A stretch of 46,942 nucleotides of DNA from an uncultured Leptospiraceae bacterium (GTDB taxonomy: Bacteria > Spirochaetota > Leptospiria > Leptospirales > Leptonemataceae). Both the position numbers and the translations under genes were made by a program. The notes below the pieces were generated by a model, which did no database searches, was not told where the DNA came from, and saw nothing but the letters and a program-made list of their open reading frames with translations. Of this stretch, positions 24,352-32,750 are shown one piece after another. Numbering within the stretch: position 1 is the stretch's first letter; every line of letters starts with the position of its first letter. The stretch is taken from NCBI GenBank assembly GCA_964619995.1, contig CAZUJO010000001.1, forward strand, positions 1 through 46,942, written 5' to 3'.

Positions 24352-24981
24352 TCAGCGCGGGCTTTCGCCCTGTTCAAGCAGCCGCTGGAAGAATACGAAA
24401 CCCTCGTTGATTGCGTCTTCGCCGTTCATCGTGGTGACGCCGGTCATCTCCAGCACGATGAGTCCGTAGAGCCACGCCCACATGGTTCGGGCGATTGCGT
24501 GATACCCTTTGCGAGAAAAATGAATCTTTCCTGTTTTCACTCCGCCGCGAATCGTTTCCAGATACGTTCTATAACTGGTGGTGGCGGACGGGAAGATGCG
24601 TTTGTGTCCGTTGATGTTGAACATGAGTTTGTGAAGCTCGCGATTTCGTCGGGCAAATCGCATGTATGTAACAGCCAGCCGGCGCAGCACATCGTAAATA
24701 TCGCCGCCTTCCTGACGGGCGCGTCGGAGGTCTCCGGTCAACTCCTCTTCTCCGCCTTGAATCAACGTGCTGACAATCTGTTCCTGACCTGTGAAGTATG
24801 TATAGGGCCCGGCGACGCTGCATCCGAGGCGTTTGACGATATTGCGAAGGCTGAGAGCGTCCATTCCGCCCTCGTTTAGAATTTCGAGGGCGGCATCGAG
24901 AATAGACTGACGGCTCAGGCCGGCACGGACTGGCCGAGATTTAGGCGTCTTTCGCCCGCTGCTTCCGCGTACGTCAGCCAC
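24352..24981 (-). CDS. TetR-family transcriptional regulator (candidate repressor of the upstream desaturase gene)
   Basis: HTH region: SRQSILDAALEILNEGGMDALSLRNIVKRLGCSVAGPYTYF. Only GTG starts are available (24981 or 25011), and both lie inside the desaturase 3' end. Confidence 0.85.
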   Translation of the reverse strand: MADVRGSSGRKTPKSRPVRAGLSRQSILDAALEILNEGGMDALSLRNIVKRLGCSVAGPYTYFTGQEQIVSTLIQGGEEELTGDLRRARQEGGDIYDVLRRLAVTYMRFARRNRELHKLMFNINGHKRIFPSATTSYRTYLETIRGGVKTGKIHFSRKGYHAIARTMWAWLYGLIVLEMTGVTTMNGEDAINEGFVFFQRLLEQGESPR

Positions 24982-25964
24982 CTTCCGCTTTCTGGATCGA
25001 AGAGTTTGCACTTTCGGGTTGTGTGGAGATAATCCAGGAACATCGATTTTCTTTCAATCACATAATCTCCGTATACCACTTTGATCTCTTCCAGCGCTTT
25101 CGGGAGATTGTAGAAGGGAATCCTCATGCTGACGTGATGCGGCATATGGATGAAGATGTTGTGCAGAAAGAAGTTGAAGAATGCGGGAATGTGGTAGTTC
25201 ACAGTGCCCAGCATCTGTCCGTAGAACGGGGTCCAGTCTTTGTGACGCTTCCACGGAATGAAATCGTGAATGTGGTGAACGTAGACTGCGAATCCAATGC
25301 TGTAGTTCCAGACAATGAAGGGAACAACGCCCATCTTGAATACAAGCCACAGTGCGGTTGTCCATGACGTTGCGAGCACGAACGGAAGCCCCATCAGAGC
25401 GATCGCTGCTGCAATCACGATAATGCGGTCGCGTTTCGCTTCTTTCGTTGGAGCTGCGAAGAGAATCATTCCGCCGAACCAGATTTCGATCATGTAGTAG
25501 ATTCCTGCGCCGATCGGTGACCAGGCGAGGCGGTGCCACAGCTTGCGAATCCACGAGAACTCTTCATATTCCTGGGGGGAAACCGGCCGCCAGACGAAAT
25601 CGCCTTCGAGCTTGATGGTATGTCCGTGGTGGATGCGGTTGTGTCCGTACACCCATTGATGGTAGGCGTGGAGCGAAGGGAGCATGCTGATCTGCCCTAT
25701 GATATAGTTCAGACGTGTGCTTTTGAAAAGAGCGCCGTGCGCTGCGTCGTGCCCGATGATGAAGAGGGCGCTGATGGCCAGTCCTGCGAGAAACCAGAGC
25801 GGAAGCAGGAGTGCCCATGAGTCTGCGAAGAAGATCGCCGTCATGATTGCGGCAAAAACGAATACATCCCTCGCGAAATAGAGGAGTCCTTTCCACGTTG
25901 GATTGCGCATGGTCGCGGCTGAGACGGTGTCGCGCACCGCAGGCAGGGTAAGTCTCGGTTGCAT
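24915..25964 (-). CDS. Membrane fatty-acid desaturase family protein
   Basis: His boxes: HDAAHG, HNRIHHGH, HHIHD/HMPHHV. There are four hydrophobic helices. ATG 25964 is preceded by AGGAGG (plus 25969..25974). The ORF-track extension to 26015 runs through the promoter. Confidence 0.9.
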   Translation of the reverse strand: MQPRLTLPAVRDTVSAATMRNPTWKGLLYFARDVFVFAAIMTAIFFADSWALLLPLWFLAGLAISALFIIGHDAAHGALFKSTRLNYIIGQISMLPSLHAYHQWVYGHNRIHHGHTIKLEGDFVWRPVSPQEYEEFSWIRKLWHRLAWSPIGAGIYYMIEIWFGGMILFAAPTKEAKRDRIIVIAAAIALMGLPFVLATSWTTALWLVFKMGVVPFIVWNYSIGFAVYVHHIHDFIPWKRHKDWTPFYGQMLGTVNYHIPAFFNFFLHNIFIHMPHHVSMRIPFYNLPKALEEIKVVYGDYVIERKSMFLDYLHTTRKCKLFDPESGRWLTYAEAAGERRLNLGQSVPA

Positions 25965-25972
25965 ATTTCCTC

Positions 25973-25985
25973 CTAACACTGTTAG
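25973..25985. promoter_or_regulatory. Palindromic operator 1 (CTAACAcTGTTAG), covering the predicted transcription start and adjacent to the RBS of the desaturase gene
   Basis: It has perfect 6-bp half sites around one central base. It is the reverse complement of operator 2, and the two are 21 bp apart centre to centre. Confidence 0.55.
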
Positions 25986-25987
25986 CC

Positions 25988-26015
25988 ATAATCCTAACAG
26001 TGTTAGGTCTGTCAA
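25988..26015 (-). promoter_or_regulatory. Sigma70-type promoter of the desaturase-TetR operon (-35 TTGACA, 16 nt, -10 GATTAT)
   Basis: On the minus strand, TTGACA corresponds to plus 26010..26015 and GATTAT to plus 25988..25993. The predicted leader is about 17 nt and contains AGGAGG. Confidence 0.55.
25994..26006. promoter_or_regulatory. Palindromic operator 2 (CTAACAgTGTTAG), filling the -35/-10 spacer of the desaturase promoter
   Basis: The palindrome is the same as at 25973..25985. It lies entirely within the 16-nt spacer 25994..26009. Confidence 0.55.
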
Positions 26016-26071
26016 CTCGAAATGCTTTCCCAGGGCGGGGTTTTCGCCGGCCGGGTCCCGGTCAGGCGAGC

Positions 26072-28648
26072 TTACAGGAGGGCAGAGATTTGTTCTGGCG
26101 GGACGGGGCGGCTGCGATAGTAGCCCTGAAAGAGGTCACAGCCCTGTTCGGTCAGAAAAGCGAGCTGCTCGGGCGTTTCGACGCCTTCCGCAAGCACGGT
26201 GAAATTGAGTGAATGAGCGAGCCGGATGATGGCGGAGGCAATCTCGGTCCCGCTTCGATGCGAAGGGATTTCAAAGATGAAACTGCGATCAATCTTGAGT
26301 GTGTCGACCGGGAACCGCCGCAGATAGGCAAGCGAAGAGTAACCCGTGCCAAAGTCATCGAGGGCCATGCGAACGCCGATTTTCTTCATCTGCTCGAGGA
26401 GCGTAACGGCTTCCTGGCCCTGCGTCATGAGGGCGGTTTCCGTAATCTCAAGTTCAAGAAGGGCCGGGTCCACTCCGGTTTCTGCGACGATGTCGCTGAT
26501 ATCCGTGGAGAGCCTGGCATGGGAGCACTGGCGCGCGGACAAATTGACGGCCACACTCAACGGCATCCCTGCGTCGCTCCAGGCGCGCGCCTGGATGCAT
26601 GCTTTGCGAAGCAGGTTCTGTCCCATGGGAAGGATGAGTCCTGTCTCTTCTGCAATGGGAATAAACGTGTCGGGCGGAACCACTTCTCCATCCGGATCAA
26701 TCCAGCGCGCGAGCGCTTCGACGCCGACGACTTTGCCGCTTCGGATATTCACTTGAGGCTGGTAGTAAAGCTGCAGCTCATCTCGTTCGATTGCGCGGCG
26801 CAGCCTGGTCTCAAGCGTGAGCCTCGATTTCGCGCGGGCTGTCAGAGCCTGTGTATAGAAGCGAAACGTTCTTCTGCCCGATGCTTTCGCATCGTAGAGA
26901 GCGGCATCCGCGTGTTGCAGCAGCAGCTCCGCAGTTGCCCCGTCATGCGGAAACTGGCTGATACCCACGCTTGCTCCAATGTCCAGCTGATCGCCCGTCG
27001 GCATCTCGAGAGGAGCGCCTAACGTTGTCAGAAGACGCATTGCGATCCGGGCGGGATCGGCATTTCCCAGCAGCACTGCAAATTCGTCGCCGCCCATCCG
27101 CGCGATCATATCGCCCGGTTCGAGAACCTCCGCGAATCGACCGGCAACAATTCGGAGCAGATGATTTCCAACATTGTGACCGAGCGCATCGTTCACATCC
27201 TTGAATTTATCCAGGTCGATGAGCAAAATCCAAACAGAGCTGCCGTTTGTCTCTGCTGCAGCGATCGCCTGCCGCAGCCGCATCTCGAACTGGGAGCGAT
27301 TTGCAAGTCCGGTGATTGAGTCGCGGTAAGCCAGTTCGTCAAGGCGAGCCTGTGCCGCCTTTATGTGCGTGATGTCGGCGAACACTGCCACATAATGGAC
27401 CGTTTGCTGGGGTTCCATTCGAACGGCGCTGATGCTCAGAAGCTCAGGAAAGATTTCTCCGTTCTTTCGCCGGTTCCAGATTTCCCCCGTCCATCGGCCG
27501 GATCTGTGGAGGTCGCTCCACATGCTTTCGTAAAACGACTTCGGATGTTTGCCCGATGCGAGAATGCGCGGATTCTGTCCGAGGACTTCAGACTCTGAAA
27601 AACCGGTAAGCTGCCGAAAGGCCGGGTTCACTGCGACGATACGCGCATCTTCGTCCGTGATCAGAATGCCTTCCCCCGTGTTTTGAAAGACGTGATCGGA
27701 GAGCCGCTGGCGCAGATGGAGCTGTGTCTGCTCAATGCAGACCGATGCAAGGCGCACGTGGCGGTCCATCAGTTCGAGCTCCTCTTTGCTCGGCGTGCGC
27801 GGTTTTCGCGAATATACTGCAAAGGTTCCCACAATCTTCTGGGCGCTTGAGAAAATCGGCTGAGACCACGCCGCGGCAATGTCCGCCTGCTTCGCAATCT
27901 CCCGGAATTGCGCCCAGAGAGGATCTTCTTGAATGTTCGACACAACCACGCGCTGGCGCCTGAATACGGCGGTTCCGCATGAGCCCTGGGCTTCGCCTGC
28001 GCTCAGACCATGCACGGCGCGATTGAAGAAACTCGGCAGATGCGGCGCGGCTCCGTGCAGCAAAGTCTTCTCGGCCGAATCAACCAGCAAAACGGAGCAG
28101 ATACTTTCCGGAAAAAGATCTTCATAGGCGAGCGCGAGCTCCTGAAGCACGGCTTCGAGCGGCGCGCTTGTAGCCAGCAGCTCGAGCACACGCGCGCGCG
28201 TATCGCGCTCACGCGAAAGTCGTTCGCCTGCTGTAATGTCATCAAGGATCGAGAGGAGGTAAGTCTGCCCTTCGAGAACCATGGGCGACGAATGAACCTG
28301 AACCGTGCGAACTTCGCCAGAGCGAAGCCTGTGTCTGAAGACGAAGTAGTTGCGCTCTTCCCTGCGGGCACGGATCATTTCTGCCTGAACTTCCGCCGGC
28401 GCCAGAGTGTTGATCTCCTGGATCTTCATTCTCACGAATTCTGCCAGCGAATAGCCGAAGAACTGGCAGGCTGAGGCATTCGCGTACAGGATGGCCCCCG
28501 TATCTGTCTGAAGCAGCAGAATCACGGCGCCGTGCCGGTCGAACATGCGTCGAACCGATTCAAATCGGGCCGAGCGGACGCGGTGCGCAATCCACGCAGC
28601 GCCGAATCCAATTGCCAGCGCGATGAAGGTCGCAAGAACAACGCTCAC
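26072..28648 (-). CDS. Membrane-anchored PAS-GAF-PAS-GGDEF-EAL c-di-GMP turnover protein
   Basis: GTG start with an N-terminal TM helix. GGDEF is intact (ARMGGDEFAVLL). EAL is intact (VGVEALARW, with DDFGTGYSSLAYL and the QGY motif near the end). Confidence 0.92.
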   Translation of the reverse strand: MSVVLATFIALAIGFGAAWIAHRVRSARFESVRRMFDRHGAVILLLQTDTGAILYANASACQFFGYSLAEFVRMKIQEINTLAPAEVQAEMIRARREERNYFVFRHRLRSGEVRTVQVHSSPMVLEGQTYLLSILDDITAGERLSRERDTRARVLELLATSAPLEAVLQELALAYEDLFPESICSVLLVDSAEKTLLHGAAPHLPSFFNRAVHGLSAGEAQGSCGTAVFRRQRVVVSNIQEDPLWAQFREIAKQADIAAAWSQPIFSSAQKIVGTFAVYSRKPRTPSKEELELMDRHVRLASVCIEQTQLHLRQRLSDHVFQNTGEGILITDEDARIVAVNPAFRQLTGFSESEVLGQNPRILASGKHPKSFYESMWSDLHRSGRWTGEIWNRRKNGEIFPELLSISAVRMEPQQTVHYVAVFADITHIKAAQARLDELAYRDSITGLANRSQFEMRLRQAIAAAETNGSSVWILLIDLDKFKDVNDALGHNVGNHLLRIVAGRFAEVLEPGDMIARMGGDEFAVLLGNADPARIAMRLLTTLGAPLEMPTGDQLDIGASVGISQFPHDGATAELLLQHADAALYDAKASGRRTFRFYTQALTARAKSRLTLETRLRRAIERDELQLYYQPQVNIRSGKVVGVEALARWIDPDGEVVPPDTFIPIAEETGLILPMGQNLLRKACIQARAWSDAGMPLSVAVNLSARQCSHARLSTDISDIVAETGVDPALLELEITETALMTQGQEAVTLLEQMKKIGVRMALDDFGTGYSSLAYLRRFPVDTLKIDRSFIFEIPSHRSGTEIASAIIRLAHSLNFTVLAEGVETPEQLAFLTEQGCDLFQGYYRSRPVPPEQISALL

Positions 28649-28827
28649 CCGCGTGTTGTCCGGGAGCGCAGGAATCCGTCAACGAAGGTTTCGCCGCGAA
28701 CGACTCCGTAAACGGATCGGTGTCGGCGAAGACCCGGACAGGATCGCATATCGGATGAAAAAAGGATCGGCGCGGCAACGTTCAGATTTTGGTTGTTCTG
28801 GGTGAGGCATTCGTCAAATAGTCGGGT

Positions 28828-29394
28828 ATGCGCTTTCGCGGACTTGCGACCTTCGTTCTCCCCGGCTTCCTCATGATTTTCGCAGGCTTTCAGCCCGCGA
28901 ATGCCCAGGGTCGAGCTCCTGAGCACCTCACGGATCCCGCGCAGATTGCCGTATTCCAGCGAATCACGGCGCGCGTGAACTGCTACTGCGGCTGCCACAG
29001 CGTCGTAGGGCAGTGCGGACACATCGAGGAGAACTGCTTTGGCGTTCAACTTCGCCGGTTCATCGAAAACCGAATCCGCGAAGGAATGAGCGAAAGCCAG
29101 ATTGAAGAGGGCCTCATCAACGGTTTTGGCGAAAACATCATGAAGGATGCCCAGGTTACCCTTCTCGCGGAGCAGGGGCGAAACGATCTCGTAAGCGGCT
29201 TCGTGAAAGGCTTCGGCAAGATCATTATGGTGAAACCGCCCGTCGTTTGGCCATGGATCCTCGCGGCGATCGCCGGAGGAATTGCGCTGGTCTGGATGTG
29301 GTCCAGACGCTCTGCGCGTGCTGTGCCCGAGCCAGCCCGACGGTCCCAAGAGCTGGACGCCCTGATGGAGCGAACGCGCGACCTCGACCGCTGA
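28828..29394 (+). CDS. CcmH/NrfF-like membrane protein (variant Cys motif), orphan
   Basis: It has a signal peptide. The motifs are VNCYCGCHSVVGQCGH then LRRFIENRIREGMSESQIEEGLINGFGENIM, following the CcmH pattern C..C...lR..I...i..G.s..eI.....yG. A second GFGKIIMVKPP block and a C-terminal TM helix follow. Confidence 0.45.
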   Translation: MRFRGLATFVLPGFLMIFAGFQPANAQGRAPEHLTDPAQIAVFQRITARVNCYCGCHSVVGQCGHIEENCFGVQLRRFIENRIREGMSESQIEEGLINGFGENIMKDAQVTLLAEQGRNDLVSGFVKGFGKIIMVKPPVVWPWILAAIAGGIALVWMWSRRSARAVPEPARRSQELDALMERTRDLDR

Positions 29395-29471
29395 CCTCTG
29401 GCGCTCACCGATCAACGTCCGGCACATAAATTGCACCTGAATGTCAGTCGCAGATGCGGCTGTACAATCTC

Positions 29472-32400
29472 ATGGCAATTCGCATAGCTCTGCATCATCG
29501 AACTTCGTACGAGTACGACAAACCAGTGACCGTCTTCCCTCATGCGGTGCGCCTGCGTCCGGCCGTGCATGCGAAGACACCCATTCTCTCGTATTCGTTC
29601 CGCAGCGATCCGGCAGATCATTTCATCAACTGGCAGCAGGATCCTTTCGGAAACTACGTGGCGCGCCTTGTTTTCCCCGAGAAGACCAACCGCCTCACAT
29701 TCGAGGTGGATCTGATCGCTGATCTTCAGCCGACCAATCCGTTTGATTTCTTTCTAGAGCCGGCGGCCGAAGAGTTTCCGTTCACATACGACCCCGCATT
29801 GAAGCAGCAGCTTGCGCCGTATCTTGTCCTCAAAGAAGGCGGGGCCTTGCTGCGTTATTATATAGAGAAAAGCCGCCGTAAACAGAAGACCATTGACTTC
29901 ATCGTCGAGCTGAATCAGCAGATTCGGTCCGATGTTTCCTACGTGATTCGCATGGAACCGGGCGTTCAGACATGCGAAGAGACTCTGCAAAAGAAAAGCG
30001 GTTCCTGCCGCGACTCAGCGTTTCTCCTGGTTCAGGTACTGCGCGGCCTGGGTCTTGCGGCAAGGTTTGTCTCTGGATACTTAATCCAGTTGAAGCCGGA
30101 CGAAATTCCACTGCACGGTCCCCTGGGACCGCCGGAGGATTTTACCGATCTGCACGCCTGGGCTGAAGTTTATCTTCCGGGAGCCGGATGGATCGGGCTG
30201 GATGCGACTTCCGGTCTGCTTACAGCTGAAGGCCACATTCCTCTTGCTTGCGCGCCAGAGCCGGAGGATGCCGCTGCGGTGATTGGTGCGGTTGAGAAAG
30301 CGGACGCGCGTCTGGAATTTGAAATGCGCGTGGAGCGGGTCTTCGAAACACCGCGCGTGACCCTGCCATATTCGAACGACCAGTGGTCGTCTATCCTCGA
30401 ACTCGGCCGGCGGGTTGATGATGATTTGATGGCGAATAACGTCCGATTGACGTCAGGCGGCGAGCCAACGTTTGTTTCTGAGACCAACCGTGACGCCCCT
30501 GAGTGGAATACGGACGCGAATGGAGCCGACAAACGCGAAAAGGCCCGGCGGCTGGCGCTTGCTCTCCGCAGCCGTTTCGCGCCGAATGCTTCGTTTCATT
30601 CGGGTCAGGGAAAATGGTATCCGGGCGAAGAGCTTCCGCGCTGGGCTTTCGCAGCATTTTTCCGCAAAGATGGACAGCCCCTCTGGAGGGATACGAGCCT
30701 TCTCGCGGATGAGATGCGCGACTATCGCTTCGGAACGACAGAGGCGCGAATGTTTGCCGAGTCTCTCGCGATGCGAATGGTAGGCACTGCCGATACGATC
30801 GTGCCGGGTTACGAAGACGTTTACTATTATCTCTGGAAAGAGGGCAATCTGCCCGGTGACGTCGACCCGATGCGCAAAGATCTGAACTCGGCTTCCGAAA
30901 GAAACCGACTGCGCATGCTTCTTGAACGAGGACTCGGAAGCATTACGGGCTATGCTCTGCCTCTTAGTTTTGACTGGTCTGCGCAGGCCTGGACGACGGG
31001 CCGATGGCATTTCCGCCGCGAGCGCATGTATTTGATTCCGGGCGATTCGGCGATGGGCTATCGTCTGCCGCTCGACCGGCTCGGAGGAATCGATACAGGC
31101 CAGGTTGAATTGTCGCCCCTGGAAAAACGTCCGCCGCTGCCCGATCTCAGAGAGCGCACGAAGCGCCGCGCACAGGCCATGCTGATCTCGAACGGCCCCG
31201 AACATCACGCACAGACGCAGGTTCCGATGTACCATATGCGCACGGCCGTGTGCATTGAGCCGCGCGACGGGCGCTTGTGGGTGTTTCTGCCGCCGCAGTG
31301 GGACGCTTCTGCTTACGTGGATTTGATTGCAAGCATTGAGGATACTGCTGCGGAACTGCAGATGCCCGTTCTCATTGAAGGCTACGAGCCGCCGTCAGAT
31401 TCACGGATCGGGCGCATTGCTGTGACGCCCGATCCCGGCGTGATTGAAGTCAACATACATCCGTCAGCCTCTTTCGAAGAGCATGCTCAGAAGCTTGAAA
31501 TTCTGCACCATGAAGCGCGCGCCTGTGGATTGACCGCCGAGAAATTCCTGCTCGATGGACGCCGTGCAGGGACTGGAGGAGGAAATCATATTACGCTGGG
31601 CGGCGAACATCCTTCCGACAGCCCCTTCTTGAGACGCCCCGATCTGCTTCGCAGCCTGATCACTCATTTTCAACGTCATCCGGCATTGTCCTACTTCTTC
31701 TCCGGTCAGTTTATTGGAGCCACAAGCCAGTCTCCCCGGATTGACGAAACAAATCCAGAAAGCCTTTATGAACTTGCGCTGGCCTTCACGCAGCTGCCCG
31801 CATCTGCCGCCCTGATGGAAGGCAGCTATCGTCCATGGCTTGTAGACCGACTCCTTCGCAGCCTTCTCGTCGACCAGACCGGCAACACACATCGGGCTGA
31901 GATCAGCATCGATAAGCTGCATTCGTCAGACTCTCTTTCTGGGAGGCTCGGTCTGGTAGAATTCCGCGGTTTTGAAATGCAGCCGCATGCTCGAATGAAT
32001 TCGCTTCAGCATCTGCTGATGCGCGCGCTGGTTGCGCGGTTCTGGAAATCTCCCCTTCGCGAGGGACCCGTAGACTGGGGTTTCATGCTGCGCGACAAAT
32101 TCAGACTCCCCCACTATCTCTGGGAAGATTTACGCGGCGTGCTTGCAGACCTTCGTGCGTCCGGCTATAATTTCCAGGAAGAATGGTTTCTGCCCTTCCT
32201 GGAATCAAGGTTTCCGAGCTACGGGGAGGCACAGGCCGGCGAATGCACGGTTCAGCTGCGCCTTGCCCTGGAAGCGTGGCAGGTGCTGGGCGAAGAGATG
32301 ACCGCCGTGGGAACCGCGCGCGCGGTGGATTCCGCCGTGGAGAGACTGCAGGTTTCCGTATCGCACTTTCATCCGGACCGTTATGCGCTTTTCTGCAATG

Positions 32401-32747
32401 GCCGCCCGGTTCCTCTGCAGAGCACTGCGACGACAGGACTCTTTGTGGCGGGCGTTCGCTACAAAGCATGGAACCCTCCGCGCACCATGCATCCTTCGCT
32501 TCCCGTGAACACTCCTCTGAGTTTTGATTTGTTCGATCGCGCCTCCGGCTCCTTCGTGGGCGGCTGCACCTACCATGTGTTTCATCCGGGCGGCCGCAGC
32601 TACGACACGCTGCCCGTGAACGATCGGGAAGCAGAGTCGCGCATGTTGTCGCGGTTTTTGCCCGGCACTCAGTTCCCGCCTGTCATCCGTCATCAGGAGG
32701 AAAACCCTGATTACCCTTGCACTCTGGATCTGAGGACACCGGTCTGA
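29472..32747 (+). CDS. Large transglutaminase-like protein (Bact_transglu_N plus transglutaminase core plus long DUF2126-like C-terminal region)
   Basis: The start MAIRIALHHRTSYEYD is the typical family N-terminus; ATG 29454 is an alternative start. Core residues: SGSCRDSAFLL (Cys codon 30006..30008), DLHAWAEVYLPGAGWIGLDATSG. Confidence 0.88.
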   Translation: MAIRIALHHRTSYEYDKPVTVFPHAVRLRPAVHAKTPILSYSFRSDPADHFINWQQDPFGNYVARLVFPEKTNRLTFEVDLIADLQPTNPFDFFLEPAAEEFPFTYDPALKQQLAPYLVLKEGGALLRYYIEKSRRKQKTIDFIVELNQQIRSDVSYVIRMEPGVQTCEETLQKKSGSCRDSAFLLVQVLRGLGLAARFVSGYLIQLKPDEIPLHGPLGPPEDFTDLHAWAEVYLPGAGWIGLDATSGLLTAEGHIPLACAPEPEDAAAVIGAVEKADARLEFEMRVERVFETPRVTLPYSNDQWSSILELGRRVDDDLMANNVRLTSGGEPTFVSETNRDAPEWNTDANGADKREKARRLALALRSRFAPNASFHSGQGKWYPGEELPRWAFAAFFRKDGQPLWRDTSLLADEMRDYRFGTTEARMFAESLAMRMVGTADTIVPGYEDVYYYLWKEGNLPGDVDPMRKDLNSASERNRLRMLLERGLGSITGYALPLSFDWSAQAWTTGRWHFRRERMYLIPGDSAMGYRLPLDRLGGIDTGQVELSPLEKRPPLPDLRERTKRRAQAMLISNGPEHHAQTQVPMYHMRTAVCIEPRDGRLWVFLPPQWDASAYVDLIASIEDTAAELQMPVLIEGYEPPSDSRIGRIAVTPDPGVIEVNIHPSASFEEHAQKLEILHHEARACGLTAEKFLLDGRRAGTGGGNHITLGGEHPSDSPFLRRPDLLRSLITHFQRHPALSYFFSGQFIGATSQSPRIDETNPESLYELALAFTQLPASAALMEGSYRPWLVDRLLRSLLVDQTGNTHRAEISIDKLHSSDSLSGRLGLVEFRGFEMQPHARMNSLQHLLMRALVARFWKSPLREGPVDWGFMLRDKFRLPHYLWEDLRGVLADLRASGYNFQEEWFLPFLESRFPSYGEAQAGECTVQLRLALEAWQVLGEEMTAVGTARAVDSAVERLQVSVSHFHPDRYALFCNGRPVPLQSTATTGLFVAGVRYKAWNPPRTMHPSLPVNTPLSFDLFDRASGSFVGGCTYHVFHPGGRSYDTLPVNDREAESRMLSRFLPGTQFPPVIRHQEENPDYPCTLDLRTPV

Positions 32748-32750
32748 CCT

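Noticed and set aside
25965-26015. N-terminal extension of the desaturase ORF (MTDLTLLGLWLTVLGGN).
   Set aside because: It runs through the AGGAGG RBS, both operators and the -10/-35 hexamers. ATG 25964 has ideal SD spacing.
26213-27022. 269-aa plus-strand ORF.
   Set aside because: It is antisense to the EAL/GGDEF region of 26072..28648.
28645-29436. 263-aa minus-strand ORF.
   Set aside because: It is antisense to the CcmH-like gene, which has a signal peptide, a Cys motif and a TM anchor. This ORF has no features and would start inside the next promoter region.
29463-29468. TACAAT hexamer 3 nt before ATG 29472 as a leaderless promoter for the transglutaminase cluster.
   Set aside because: There is no acceptable -35 at 16-19 nt, because TTGCAC at 29431..29436 is 26 nt away. 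The -10 would also place the start site inside the coding sequence.
30453-31235. 260-aa minus-strand ORF. Similar ORFs lie at 35159..35956, 36390..37013, 37967..38680 and 41459..42187.
   Set aside because: All are antisense to genes with strong family signatures. They are Arg-rich translations typical of shadow frames.
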